Source: Williopsis jadinii
Lineage: Eukaryota
Reading direction: 5' to 3'
Assembly: GCA_024346625.1 (NCBI GenBank)
Contig: AP024666.1
Coordinates: 620,001 to 684,000, forward strand
Length of the DNA: 64,000 bases
This document shows, piece by piece, positions 44,731 through 56,260 of this stretch. A program made the translations under genes and the position numbers. Numbering within the stretch: position 1 is the stretch's first letter; each line of letters begins with the position of its first letter. The notes under the pieces are model-generated. The model did not search any database. It was not told the origin of the DNA and was given only the letters and a program-made list of their open reading frames with translations.

Positions 44731-47700
44731 CTATAGAGGCATTGATAATTGTTTAGTTCTTGGACCTCTTGACGACCGTCCTCCCTTTCTCTTAGTCTGA
44801 CTGCTCCCCCTTCTGAAACCAGAGCCATTGCTCTTTCCACCACTTTTAGAACCAGCTTTGCCCTTTCTACCGTTAGGTTTGGACCTATCTTGCGACGGCT
44901 TCTGAGACGCTTTTAACACGTCAATAATTGCCATGTTGTCCTCTTGCCTTTGACGATTCCAATATCTGGACCTCGATCCATCAGCACCTTCGGATTTCAA
45001 CTTCTTCAACAGAGGTTCAAAATACTTGAACATCTTTTTATGATCATCAGTCGTGACACCAGCTAGCTGGAGATATTCAGATTCGGTCTGTGGAAGCTTG
45101 GAGGCCATATCACGTAGAGTGACAGCGGTACACACTGAAGAACTCAACTTAAACTTCAACCGACTCATAATTTCATGGGATTTATCAGACAATTGCTTAT
45201 AACACTCAACGAATCTTGTCTTGTCCTGCTCAGTCTCAAATTGCCTCATATTGAGTGTAATTCTAGTGGATTGAGGCGCTGTTCTCATCGTTGGAATGGG
45301 AGGTGGAGCAGGTGCCAAACCTGAAGAAGTTCTTTCAAGGTGTGTTCTTGCACTGATGATCTTTGGAGTGGATGAAGGCATCTGATTGTTATCAGAGTCT
45401 GTATAACTGCGCCCAGAAGTCCGATCACTTGTCGATTGTTGAACTTTATCAGCAAAACTCATCACAATCTTCTTTCTACCTGACATTAGTAAATTGGCGT
45501 TTGGCCCAACCCTGATATAACTAGCTGCAAAACCAGCATTGTTCATCACATTGAACTCTTCCAATATCTTCTCAGAGATTAAGTGGAAGGCCATTCTTTG
45601 TAGATCAACTTTATCTAAATTTTTTCCTGCACCGTGTTCAGACAACTTGTCATAACCAGACTGAACAATTTTATTTGCTTTAGAGCCACGGAAAATGTCT
45701 TGACAGTAGATCAGTGTCACCTTGTTTTTCTGAATTTGCTTCACCAATGACGTGAATTTTTTAGCATATTCAGTGACATCACGGTGAAGCATCTCTGTAC
45801 CACCAGCTTTACAATTATCACAGTTGTTGTGACAGTCACGTTTATCGAACTCCTCGTTAAAGTAGCGCAGCACTTGTTCACGTCGACAATCCGTACGATT
45901 CTCACAGTACTGTGTAACCTGTCTCAATTTGTTTGAATGTTTATCTTTACCAGCTGCATCCAGTTCAGAATCCCTATGGATCATATTTTGAAGTAGAATT
46001 GCATCACGGAGACTAAAGTATAGCGTGCACCAACTGTACTTCCCATCCCTACCAGCTCTACCAGTTTCCTGATAGTAGCCTTCTAAAGTGCGAGGAAGAG
46101 TTAGGTGAATCACAAACCGGACATCTGGTTTATCAATACCCATACCGAATGCAATGGTTGCGCATATGACCTTGATTTCTCCAGATTGCCATTTCCTTTG
46201 TATCACTAATCTGTCATCAGGATCCATTCCGGCATGATAAAATGCAACCTTAATCCCGGCATTCATGAGCCTTTCAGAAGTGTGTTCACATGAGTTCTTT
46301 GAATGACAATAAATGATACCTGTCTCATCTTTAAACTTGGTTTTGATCTTTGTTTCAAGATCTTTCATGAAGTTCTTGTCCTTTGGTAAAACTTCGTAAA
46401 ACAAGTTTGTTCTATTGAAACTCTGTTTCAAAAAAACAGGATCTTTCAATTTCAAATTATGGACAATATCCATTCGAACCTGCTGGTTTGCGGTAGCGGT
46501 CAATGCTATGACAGGTATATCGGGATACTGATCCTTGAAAATAGAAAGTGCTTTGTAATCTGGTCGAAAGTCATGACCCCAACTACTTACACAGTGAGCT
46601 TCATCAATCACAATTCTCGCCAATTTGCCCTCCTTGTGCAACCTCGAGATTGCAGACTGTGCCTGTTTAGAAGCACTGATCATCTCTGGCGATAGATAAA
46701 CCAAATCCAACATACCATTGACGAACAAATTGAACGTTGTTTTTCTCTCTTCAGATGAGCTCTTACTGTTGATCAGACCAGCTGGAATGTTCTTAGCCCA
46801 CAAATGTTCCACTTGATCCTGCATCAACGAAATCAATGGAGAAACAACGATTGTAGTACCGCTAGTTGTACCAGATTTCACGACAGCCGGCAATTGATAA
46901 CATAACGATTTTCCTCCTCCTGTTGGCATAAGAACAAAAGTATCTTTACCAGAGAGGGTCGAATTGACAGCCTCCAGTTGATTTGGTCTGAACGAAGACA
47001 GTTTGAAAACCTGTTTGAGTTTAGCAAAAACTTCATTGGTCCAAGGATATGACTCACCAGGTAATGGGCCTTGTTCTAACAATTTGTCGAATTCAGGATC
47101 ATCCAACTGAGATTCTATCTGGGATTCCATAATTGGCGAGCTTGGAACATTATCAAATTGCGTGCGGGATACTAGTGGCAGTTTAGGAGGTGGTATGTCC
47201 ATGTTGTCAAGGTCACTATCTGAATTGATCTGAATAGCTTCTTGAGACTGAATGATTTCTCTTTCATCATCAAAGTTATCTTCGATCTCATAAGCTTCTG
47301 GAATGTCATCATCTTCATCGTCAGATCTTATCAACTTGCTTTCATGTGCAGTGAAGTCTTGAATTTCTTCTAGATCACTAGATGATTGCTCTTCTACTCT
47401 CTTATAAGAGTCAGGGACAATATCCTCACCTTCAGAGTCACTAGAGTTTCTCAAATTCAAAACTTCACTTTGCGAAACTTTTAACACACTAAAGGCTTCA
47501 TCGTTTTCATCATTATCATCGTCATCATCGAGAGGTTCAATGTTTTCAGAGGCATCCACAAAATCTTCATCTTCAGAATCTTCCTTTCCATCTTCATAAA
47601 TTACAAAATCACCCAATTCTCTTCTGATTTCATCTTCATCTTCTGGATCACTAGTTACAAGGCCATCCATGGTATGAACTCCTTGATCATCCTCCTCCTC

Positions 47701-48795
47701 CTCTTCATCAGCCATCTCGGCATCTTCGATTTGTAAATCTTCATCCGGAATGTCCATGTCCATAATATTTCCTGGAGTCCCAGTTGAAAGTGCAGAGCTC
47801 TGGATCAACGGTTGCACTGTGACCTCAGAATTGTGTACAGGTGGCCTCGTTAGTGGTGTTTCTTGAGATGTGCGCTCCATAATCGTATCTGCAACTTGGG
47901 CAACCACAACGTTGGATTGAGGTGGTGATACCGCCGGAGATGGGGTCTGGACAACCGTTGAATTTACCGAATTGAGGTCATTTTTAACCCTTTGCTGTGC
48001 TGCCTCAACCCTTAAGACACGTTCCCCCAAATCTATTCTTTTCTTCTTCTTGTCATCTTCTGAAAGTGCAGTGGATGTCTCTATATCAACTCTCTGCTGA
48101 AGAAGAGAAATTCTCTGCTCACAGAGTTGAATATAACTTCTTTGTAAAGCAATTAAACGATCCTTACAATCCCTCTGCGGAACAAAAGGTGGTGTAGGTT
48201 GATTCAAAGGTGCTGGCCGTTCTGGTGCGGGCTGGATTCCCCCCTCTATTGGAGAAGAGTGGAAATTGGTATCGTCATTATAGTTGTAGTCATTAAAGTC
48301 GTTAGCAAAACTCTCAATGGAAGTGGGAGTGGTCCTTTGTCGTTTACTCGGTGCTGCTATGACCGAGGGTTGTGATCTCTTCTTTTTGTGTGCTCCATGG
48401 AGGTTGGATTCGTCAAATGTCAAATCAATCACTGCTGCATGTCGTACAGTAGGAACACTAGGCGCTCTGAACTGCGGTTCTGGAGAGGAGTCCACATGAC
48501 TGGCCGAAGATCGTAGTGGATGATCTTTCCTGGCAACTCTTAGCCCTGATGACCTTGTTGGTTTTATCGCAGAGCTCACCAGTGATGTGAGATCTGAGCT
48601 CTGTTCCAACTTTGAATTTGCCTTGTGCGGTGTAGCTGCAGTGGCCTTGGGCACACTGTTGTTCGACCTACTCGAAGTAACATGGTTATACTCTGAGTTG
48701 CTCTTACTGGTGATATCTAAAAGCGCGCTTCGTGATACAACGTTGGCCTTGGACTCATTTAGCCAGGTGATCTGTGCTTTCAGATTGTTCCTCAT
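44731..48795 (-). CDS. SGS1: RecQ helicase Sgs1
   Basis: ATG at 48795 (MRNNLKAQITWL); 'MPTGGGKSLCYQ', 'IDEAHCVSSWGHDFRPDY', 'YYQETGRAGRDG', RQC Zn motif; acidic N-terminus. Confidence 0.96.
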   Translation of the reverse strand: MRNNLKAQITWLNESKANVVSRSALLDITSKSNSEYNHVTSSRSNNSVPKATAATPHKANSKLEQSSDLTSLVSSAIKPTRSSGLRVARKDHPLRSSASHVDSSPEPQFRAPSVPTVRHAAVIDLTFDESNLHGAHKKKRSQPSVIAAPSKRQRTTPTSIESFANDFNDYNYNDDTNFHSSPIEGGIQPAPERPAPLNQPTPPFVPQRDCKDRLIALQRSYIQLCEQRISLLQQRVDIETSTALSEDDKKKKRIDLGERVLRVEAAQQRVKNDLNSVNSTVVQTPSPAVSPPQSNVVVAQVADTIMERTSQETPLTRPPVHNSEVTVQPLIQSSALSTGTPGNIMDMDIPDEDLQIEDAEMADEEEEEDDQGVHTMDGLVTSDPEDEDEIRRELGDFVIYEDGKEDSEDEDFVDASENIEPLDDDDDNDENDEAFSVLKVSQSEVLNLRNSSDSEGEDIVPDSYKRVEEQSSSDLEEIQDFTAHESKLIRSDDEDDDIPEAYEIEDNFDDEREIIQSQEAIQINSDSDLDNMDIPPPKLPLVSRTQFDNVPSSPIMESQIESQLDDPEFDKLLEQGPLPGESYPWTNEVFAKLKQVFKLSSFRPNQLEAVNSTLSGKDTFVLMPTGGGKSLCYQLPAVVKSGTTSGTTIVVSPLISLMQDQVEHLWAKNIPAGLINSKSSSEERKTTFNLFVNGMLDLVYLSPEMISASKQAQSAISRLHKEGKLARIVIDEAHCVSSWGHDFRPDYKALSIFKDQYPDIPVIALTATANQQVRMDIVHNLKLKDPVFLKQSFNRTNLFYEVLPKDKNFMKDLETKIKTKFKDETGIIYCHSKNSCEHTSERLMNAGIKVAFYHAGMDPDDRLVIQRKWQSGEIKVICATIAFGMGIDKPDVRFVIHLTLPRTLEGYYQETGRAGRDGKYSWCTLYFSLRDAILLQNMIHRDSELDAAGKDKHSNKLRQVTQYCENRTDCRREQVLRYFNEEFDKRDCHNNCDNCKAGGTEMLHRDVTEYAKKFTSLVKQIQKNKVTLIYCQDIFRGSKANKIVQSGYDKLSEHGAGKNLDKVDLQRMAFHLISEKILEEFNVMNNAGFAASYIRVGPNANLLMSGRKKIVMSFADKVQQSTSDRTSGRSYTDSDNNQMPSSTPKIISARTHLERTSSGLAPAPPPIPTMRTAPQSTRITLNMRQFETEQDKTRFVECYKQLSDKSHEIMSRLKFKLSSSVCTAVTLRDMASKLPQTESEYLQLAGVTTDDHKKMFKYFEPLLKKLKSEGADGSRSRYWNRQRQEDNMAIIDVLKASQKPSQDRSKPNGRKGKAGSKSGGKSNGSGFRRGSSQTKRKGGRSSRGPRTKQLSMPL

Positions 48796-49113
48796 TGTTC
48801 GTGGCAAATGTACGTTACTGACGTAAAACACACACCAAAGAGGGGGAGGAGGCTGATTCCAGCAGCTGAAGATCTATTGTCGTTTATACGATACAGCGCT
48901 CCGTCAACTCCTCAGCGTGAAAGACGTATACACCCTCGAGCGTAGAGTAAGAATGAAGATCCAGCGCCTGTTTACTGCTGAGAAGGTTTGGTATTTTTCT
49001 GTTTGTTTACTTTTCGGAGACGCAGCTGTTGAGATCACGAAATATGGTCTGACATTTACGCTGACACCCTGAGATCCAGCGTAAATTTCAGACCAGGTCC
49101 ATTCTGGTGTGCG

Positions 49114-49138
49114 TTTCGTGTTTTCGCGTTTTCGCGTC
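49114..49138. promoter_or_regulatory. Tandem SCB/MCB-like G1/S elements in the SGS1-RFC3 divergent promoter
   Basis: TTTCGTG, TTTCGCGT and TTTCGCGT consecutively. Confidence 0.6.
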
Positions 49139-49225
49139 TCGGAGACCAACTTTTATTGGAGGGCAAGTTATAACTTGGAACGTGAGGTTGGTCTCTAGGT
49201 CCTCGTCTCCAAGATAGCGTTTGCA

Positions 49226-50318
49226 ATGGCTACCAATCGTACAGCTGAGAACCTGCCATGGTATGTGTGTTGAAATGTTTGGCTGATGGTACTCCATCGT
49301 ACTAATGTTGGTGATAGGGTTGAAAAGTATCGTCCCACTACTCTGGACGATGTGTATGGTCAACCAGAAGTTGTTGACACAGGTGAGTGGATCTTGTGCT
49401 CTGTTCCATGCATGTACTAATATCTCTATAGTTCGCCGTTTTGTTCATGATGGTAGACTGCCTCATCTTTTGTTCTACGGACCACCAGGTACAGGAAAGA
49501 CATCGACAATCATCGCTCTTGCTCGTGAAATTTACGGGAAGAACTACAAGAATATGGTGTTGGAGCTGAACGCCTCAGACGATCGTGGTATTGACGTTGT
49601 GCGAAACCAGATCAAGGACTTTGCCAGTACGATGCAAATCTTCAGTAAAGGTTTCAAATTGATTATCCTGGATGAAGCAGATGCCATGACAAACGTTGCA
49701 CAGAACGCATTGAGACGTATCATAGAAAAGTATACCAAGAACACAAGATTTTGTATCTTGGCTAACTATGCACACAAGTTGAATCCAGCTCTGTTGTCTC
49801 GTTGCACTAGATTCAGGTTCTCTCCATTGAGCGAAGAATCCATCAAGGATAACGTCCAAAAAGTCATCATCAAGGAACACCTGACCATTTCACAAGAGGC
49901 AGAAAGTGCGCTTCTGAAACTATCCAAAGGTGACATGAGAAAGGCCCTAAATGTCCTACAAGCATGTAAAGCTGCCACTGATGGGGAAATCACCGAAGAG
50001 ATGATCTTCGAAAGTGTAGGGGCACCGCACCCAAAGGACATTGAAACCATACTGGACTCTATCTTGAAAGATGACTGGAGCACTGCTGTTGACACTCTGA
50101 ACAGAATCAAACAGCTCAAGGGACTTGCATTAATCGACTTATTACAAGGCTTTGTCGAGATTCTTGACCATTATGAACTTGAAAGGCAAACCAGGGCTTC
50201 AATCCTTGAAGGATTGGGAGAAATCGAATATGCCATTTCGAAAGGTGGAAATGAAAAGATTCAGAGCAGTTCAAGCGTTGGAGTTATAAAGCAAAGCTTA
50301 GAATTGCAAAGTAAGTAA
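49226..50318 (+). CDS. RFC3: Replication factor C subunit 3, 2 introns
   Basis: Exons 49226-49260, 49318-49382 and 49432-50318; spliced 'ENLPWVEKYRPTTLDDVYGQ', Walker A 'GPPGTGKT', 'LNASDDRGIDVVR', 'DEAD'. Confidence 0.96.
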
Positions 50319-50421
50319 TAATCCCAAGTTTTGATTAATATAGAGACCTCTGCCTATAAAAATTGTAGATCAATCGCGCAGTTCTTTCCACTCCCACCAC
50401 GTAGCAAAGCCATCGGACACG

Positions 50422-50907
50422 ATGAGCATCAGGTATATCCAAGGAAACGTCTTGAAATGCGCAAAGCCCTCCATCATTGCACATGCTTGCAATACACAAG
50501 GTATCTGGGGTGGCGGAATTGCGTATCAAATTGCGCAGCTGTTTCCACAAGCGGAAGAGGAGTATATTGCCCATTGTGAGAAGCATGGCAATTCGTTGTT
50601 GGGAACGACATTACTCATTTTGACGAACAGGGAGGAAAAGGGCAATGAGCTTTTGAACGGTCAAGCACACGTGATAGCGTGTTTGTTCACCAGCGTAGGA
50701 GGTGGCGGCTCAGCAGACCCTGTGGAGAGTATTCTTGCAAAGACCAAGCTAGCTATTGAAGACATGAAGAAACAGCTCGTCGAGATGGGTGCAGATTGTG
50801 AAGTATCCATGCCTAAGATCAATGCCGGCATATTCAGGGTTCCATGGGAAAGAACAGAGGCTATTCTAAAAGAAAGTGGGTTGAACTACGATGTGTACAC
50901 CATCTGA
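50422..50907 (+). CDS. POA1: Macro-domain ADP-ribose-1''-phosphate phosphatase Poa1
   Basis: 'IAHACNTQGIWGGGIA', 'MPKINAGIFRVPW'. Confidence 0.88.
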   Translation: MSIRYIQGNVLKCAKPSIIAHACNTQGIWGGGIAYQIAQLFPQAEEEYIAHCEKHGNSLLGTTLLILTNREEKGNELLNGQAHVIACLFTSVGGGGSADPVESILAKTKLAIEDMKKQLVEMGADCEVSMPKINAGIFRVPWERTEAILKESGLNYDVYTI

Positions 50908-50939
50908 TATATGAATATTAATTGTGACATAGAGCGTAT

Positions 50940-52235
50940 TTAAATTTGTTCATAATGCTGTTCTAAAACAGACTTTTCGGCAACAAAGCTGAACCCTCTG
51001 AAGAGAGATTGATCCACGTATTCTGACGTGGAATGTTGTTTGAGAGCTGCGAGTCCATAATCGATGTAACTGCTGTCGACTTTTGTATCCTCAGGGGACC
51101 CAACATGAGGTTTCACAGGTGGAGTTGAATCACGGAGTCGTTTCCAGTCGATCTTTCTAAAGAACCTGTGGTTCATAAACTTGTCGAATGATCCATCAAC
51201 GTCCATACGTTTTTTGGGATCTCTTTGTAGGAGTTTCCTCATGATGTCCTTAGCATCTTCACTCAACCAATTGGGGAAATTAGCACCACGTTTTTGAATG
51301 CTTGTAATGAGTTTCTTACGATCAGAACCTGGGTATGGGACTTGTCCAACAACCATGTCATACATCATCACACCAAAGCTCCACCAGTCAGCCTCGTATG
51401 AGTATTCCTTACCCATCAACACCTCGGGTGCCGAGTATTCTGGTGTTCCAAGGATTGATCGGCATTTCTCCTCCTGTGAGGAGAGCCCAAAATCCGTGAG
51501 GACGAGATGGCCTTTCTTGTCCAAGAGACAATTCTCTGGCTTGAGGTCACGGTACACAACACCAATGGAGTGCAAATGATGTAGAGCCTGTGAAATTTCA
51601 GCCATGTAGAAGGCAGTGTCGTTTTCGTTGAATCTGCGGACATCAGCCAAATAGTAGAACAATTCACCACCAGGGATGAACTCGAGGATCAAATCCATAT
51701 TCTCCAAGTCATGGAACGCATAGAACAATTTCACAATAGCTGGATGTGAAATTGATGCAAGGATGTCACGTTCGTTCATTTGGTTCTTCAACAACGTTTT
51801 ATTAACAGAGAGACGCGCCTTCTTTATCGTCTTTTTGGCAAAGTACTGCCCCGTGTGCTTATCCTTCACGAGATACACAGACCCATAAGAGCCAACACCC
51901 AAGATCTTCAACTGCTCAAAGTCGTCCACCGTTCTCTTGCGCAAATCTATCGAGTAGTCATCTATCAGCAGGTCTTGTGCGTTGGCCTGTAATGCGGTGT
52001 AGCTGATACGGGACCGCACCGAGCTTCGACGTCTCACCAATGTTTGCGCTTTGCAATCAGTAGTGATCGCCACAGGTGCCTCGGTTGCTGCTGATGCTGT
52101 AGTGGATGTCATCACAAGTGCTGATTTCGAAATTATGGTCCTCTGTACTGACGTCTGGAATGTGTCCTCCTGCTCGTCCTCAGAGTCTGATTGGATAGCG
52201 AACTGGAACTCATCTCGGGAGCACCTAAAGGGCAT
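50940..52235 (-). CDS. YPK3: AGC kinase, S6K-like Ypk3
   Basis: Kinase motifs 'LGVGSYGSV', 'YRDLKPENCLL', 'DFG', 'GTPEYSAPE', hydrophobic motif 'FRGFSF'; 'RRRSS' PKA site. Confidence 0.85.
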   Translation of the reverse strand: MPFRCSRDEFQFAIQSDSEDEQEDTFQTSVQRTIISKSALVMTSTTASAATEAPVAITTDCKAQTLVRRRSSVRSRISYTALQANAQDLLIDDYSIDLRKRTVDDFEQLKILGVGSYGSVYLVKDKHTGQYFAKKTIKKARLSVNKTLLKNQMNERDILASISHPAIVKLFYAFHDLENMDLILEFIPGGELFYYLADVRRFNENDTAFYMAEISQALHHLHSIGVVYRDLKPENCLLDKKGHLVLTDFGLSSQEEKCRSILGTPEYSAPEVLMGKEYSYEADWWSFGVMMYDMVVGQVPYPGSDRKKLITSIQKRGANFPNWLSEDAKDIMRKLLQRDPKKRMDVDGSFDKFMNHRFFRKIDWKRLRDSTPPVKPHVGSPEDTKVDSSYIDYGLAALKQHSTSEYVDQSLFRGFSFVAEKSVLEQHYEQI

Positions 52236-53003
52236 GGGAGGTTGCTAGCTTTATAGAAATAGTGGAAAAGACCTCTGCCTTCACAGTCGTAAGAACTCAA
52301 AGAATGTGAGTTTCCTCTCTCTCGCTCTCCTTTCCCCCCAGCAATGGTTTTACTGACATCCAACACCTTGACGCTTGGGTACTAAATGAACACTTTTAAG
52401 ACCTCATCGCGGCCGAGCATGCCCATACAAAAAAAAAAATTCCACTGCTGGTTTTGGTGCCTCGGCTGCATTGCAGACACTATGCGGTCCCTACCGGCAT
52501 GTGTGCTGCCATGGGGACGGCCTCGAGGTGGTGTACGGATGTTGTGGCCCTCCCACTTTGCGTCCCAAACTCAGCGTACAGGTGGATGTAGCAGTTTGGG
52601 CACCGGTATCACGCGCTTGGCCGGTCGATGTGGTGTGTGAAAGGAATGGTATCAGCTGAGAGCGGAGGTAGACTCACGTCCAGAGGACTACACGTAAGTG
52701 AGCCATGACAACCGGCTCCACTACTGGCCGTCGTGGATCGCAGGACGTTGGCTTCCATTTCCGCTTCGCTCTTCCGCACTGTGTAGAGACCATACTACGT
52801 AGCACTGCCATGTCGCATCATCGCACCCACACTTGGAAGCTGTCCTATTTCCAAGGCTGAAACCGTGGGCGGGCCATACGCCAGAGCAACCCGCCAAACA
52901 TTCCAATGGCCTGTCGATCCTAGCGTAGAAGTGGCTGAACAACACGCGAGGAAGTGGCAAACCACTCCCTCGTTGACAGAGCCTGCGTGTAGATCCTATC
53001 GTG

Positions 53004-53036
53004 TCCCAATCTAAGGTTCCCAATCTAAGGTTCCCA
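53004..53036 (+). repeat. 14-bp tandem duplication (TCCCAATCTAAGGT)x2.3
   Basis: Seen directly in the intergenic DNA between YPK3 and the GPCR gene. Confidence 0.8.
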
Positions 53037-53991
53037 CACTCCCTCAGCACGCGCACACCAGTGGTCCACGTTTTAGGTTGAAACCCACTTCCTCCAAGCC
53101 TGGTGGGCCACCACCAAACACTCGAGCCGTGTGCTGTGTGAACTCGACAGCGATGTGAACTGGACAGCGCGATGTGCCACCAGTGAGCACGCCACCTCCA
53201 CTTCTTACCAGGGGGGTCCATTCCGGGCATACTGTTGCGCGCAAGTAAGTGGAAGCTCCCAAACCAGCGCGTAAACAGTACAAAGAAAACTCAGGCCCGG
53301 AGAATCAGTGGCTGCTCGCGCGCTGCACCACGGCCAATTTCCCTGCGCGGAAATCCCAGGCTGCGAAGCACGCTACCTTAGCTTTGTTATATGCGTCCGG
53401 TGTGAGTGGTTCTTTCTCTGACAAACCCACACACCCTAACTGAACAAAATTTTTGCCTGCCCAGGGCCTCTAAAGAAGCAGGAAAACGAAAAACGCTTGG
53501 TTTCGTAAATTCATCCTCTCTCCTTCTTCCTTCGTTCACAAAGGGATACAGAGTCTTGTGCTAAAGCTCAGAGGCAACACAACGTCATTTGCAGCCGTAA
53601 AGGTCACACCATTCTTCTTCTTCTTCTTTATTTTTCCCCCTCAGCGAGACAGAACTGCTCTGTGGAAGTGACAGCCAGCTTAGAGAGATAGAGTTGCCTA
53701 ACGTTGAAACTCTGTCAGGGCGCTTCCCAGAGGTTGAGCTCTCCAGTCAGATACACACATCAACTCGGCACAAGCGGTGGTGGAAGCGATACAGGGACAC
53801 GGAGAGACCGTGGCGGCACAGGGAGTAAACTTGATATAGCACACTGTATCGCGTCCTCCAAGGGAGCGAGAAAGCACGCGGACACGACACGGGCTTGCCC
53901 CCATAGACATATTCCAAGTGCTCCCAAGTAAGGACACTTGGGCTACAAACGAGCCAACTGACGTGCACGTACTATAGATTTGGTGGCCACG

Positions 53992-55272
53992 ATGTATTCC
54001 AGTGATATGTCGGCCTCACGGCTTCGGACGCTGAGAATCCTTGCTATATCTTCGGGCTCGGCGTCGATATTGTCATGTCTCATTGCAATCTACCTCTACC
54101 TGGCAATACATCCGTCGAGGCGGCTGTTTCGACACCAGCTGATCTTCTTCTTGGTCGTGACCGACCTCTTCAAGTCCATCGCTGTGTTCATATACCCGAT
54201 CATAGCGCTGAACCACGTTGTCAATAGAGCTGGCATCAATGCCATTGGTTGGTTTACTGCGCTGGGGATCGAAGGCAGCGACCTGGCGATCTTCTTGTTC
54301 GCTATACATACGCTTCTGACGATCTTCTACCCACAAAGGTATGGTGGCTTATCCTTCCTGAAAGCCTATGTGTTTTGGGCATGCTTTGTCATACCGGTCA
54401 TTTTGGCGTCACTGGCGTTCATCAACAACGTGGGTTACGTATCGTATGGTGTTTATTGTTATTTACCAACAGAGCCAATATGGTATCGTATGGTGCTGAG
54501 TTGGGGGCCGCGTTATTTTATCATGCTTTCCATTTTGATCATTTACTGCACAATCTACTTCTATGTTGTGAGAGAGCTAAAGACAATGGAGAAACAAGGA
54601 ATCGGTGCCCATAAGCCAAAACACAACACCAGATGGGTGTGGACCAGGACAGTGAAGTTCCTCCAAGATGGCACAACAAAAGAAGAACCGGTCTCAAGGA
54701 TCGACGATATAAGACTCGAGTTAGAATTACAGAACAACAAAAAAATTGCAGCAAGGTATGCTCAAATTGCAAGACAGATGAAAGTCATTTTCTTATATCC
54801 AATCGCATATTTCCTTCTATGGATTTTCCCAATGATTCAAAATTCGTTGAGAATCGAAAAAAAGTTCAACTATCCCATCCTGGTCCTCGTTGCTTTTGTC
54901 CAGCCATTAAACGGATTGGTGGATACACTTGTCTTTGTCTATCGTGAAAAGCCATGGAGACTGACGTACGAAAACACACCAGTGGCACAGAGTAATAAGA
55001 TATCAAGATGGCGTCTTTGGGTTACTAAATTACCACTCTTTCACATCCCTGAACATCATCTCCAGATTACGGAGAAGGCAACCAATCATCCAGAGATGGA
55101 CCTCACTGGGCTGGATCCTAATGAATTCTTACACTCTCAAACCGAACCCGATCATATTTGCAATGGTGTGGACTCTTGTCAATCTTGCAAGAGAAACACC
55201 AGCACAGACGAGGAGGAAGATGAAGATATCGACTTCATCGACTTCCTCAACCAAGGCCCACCAATTCCATAA
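53992..55272 (+). CDS. Git3/Gpr1-family glucose-sensing GPCR (compact, 426 aa)
   Basis: First ATG at 53992; 'LFRHQLIFFL', 'CYLPTEPIWYRMVLSWGPRY', 'RQMKVIFLYPIAY', 'NGLVDTLVFVYREKPW'; about seven hydrophobic segments. Confidence 0.88.
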   Translation: MYSSDMSASRLRTLRILAISSGSASILSCLIAIYLYLAIHPSRRLFRHQLIFFLVVTDLFKSIAVFIYPIIALNHVVNRAGINAIGWFTALGIEGSDLAIFLFAIHTLLTIFYPQRYGGLSFLKAYVFWACFVIPVILASLAFINNVGYVSYGVYCYLPTEPIWYRMVLSWGPRYFIMLSILIIYCTIYFYVVRELKTMEKQGIGAHKPKHNTRWVWTRTVKFLQDGTTKEEPVSRIDDIRLELELQNNKKIAARYAQIARQMKVIFLYPIAYFLLWIFPMIQNSLRIEKKFNYPILVLVAFVQPLNGLVDTLVFVYREKPWRLTYENTPVAQSNKISRWRLWVTKLPLFHIPEHHLQITEKATNHPEMDLTGLDPNEFLHSQTEPDHICNGVDSCQSCKRNTSTDEEEDEDIDFIDFLNQGPPIP

Positions 55273-55597
55273 AAGAACAAAAAGGAACTGTGATTATCTG
55301 TGCCCTCCTATTGTGTGGAGATATATTAACGACCCTTTCACGACTTTAACCAAAACAAGAGGTTAGATATTGTTAATCTGAACCTCTCATCTACATTCAC
55401 TTCTCTTTCCCCGTTCTACCTTTCACGGCCATTCACCAATTAGTCTTATATTTATAATAATCGTTTGTCGTTCTTCATTTCTCAATCTTGTTAATGTTTA
55501 CTTTAATCCAATTTAATACTGTAGTTCTTTCCATAACAGCAGAGAACAGAAATCGTGATGGATACCTTTACTCACCATTAGATTTATATAACGCGCT

Positions 55598-56260
55598 TCA
55601 GTCGATGTCCATCACATCATCATCAATGGCATGGTCATCGTCGAATTGGTGCCCCTGGATGTTTATCTGACCTGTATCACCTCCATAGTAGCCTCCTTTA
55701 TACGCATCATTCCACTGTGCATTATCAAAGCGAGGGTTCTGAGGCTCCAAGTCGGGTGTGTCATCGATGGCCATCTCAGCATCAGGGTCAATGGAGCTCA
55801 TCCAGCGCACCCAGTGCTGATAGACATTGAGCCGATAGTCAACATAGGGCACAAGCGCCCAATTCATCATTATGTCACATTCTCTGATGATGTCTTCCAA
55901 CGATCTCCGATCATCTGAAGACCTCACTTTCCCAATACGCTGCCGGAGTTGAGCTTTGGTCATCGGTATGAGGGACAGGTCAGGAATCACCAGCTGATCA
56001 GCCTCAACCGCGTTGAAATCATCAATGTACTTCGACGACTCCAGGACATCGGCGTCGTCCTGGTTCAGCAACAAGAACTCATCGATGCTGGGGATGTACT
56101 CCTTGTGCGCTGAGGATATGGGTCTGTGTATCTGGCTCGGCGACAGTCTACCGGAGTTCTGTAACTCCAGCAATGAGAAGTCCTCCAACACCCTCTGTCT
56201 CTTGATGTTGTACTGTCTTATGTCATCTATTGTTGGTGCCGAACTTGTTCTTCTTTTCAT
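55598..56260 (-). CDS. YPL071C-like uncharacterised protein (220 aa)
   Basis: ATG at 56260; 'IKRQRVLEDFSLLEL' and 'VPYVDYRLNVYQHWVRW' resemble YPL071C; divergent from MUK1 as in S. cerevisiae. Confidence 0.65.
   Translation of the reverse strand: MKRRTSSAPTIDDIRQYNIKRQRVLEDFSLLELQNSGRLSPSQIHRPISSAHKEYIPSIDEFLLLNQDDADVLESSKYIDDFNAVEADQLVIPDLSLIPMTKAQLRQRIGKVRSSDDRRSLEDIIRECDIMMNWALVPYVDYRLNVYQHWVRWMSSIDPDAEMAIDDTPDLEPQNPRFDNAQWNDAYKGGYYGGDTGQINIQGHQFDDDHAIDDDVMDID

Noticed and set aside
52721..53230. 169-aa minus-strand ORF between YPK3 and the GPCR
   Set aside because: W/C/G/R-rich GC-driven spurious frame with no domain; the region looks regulatory.
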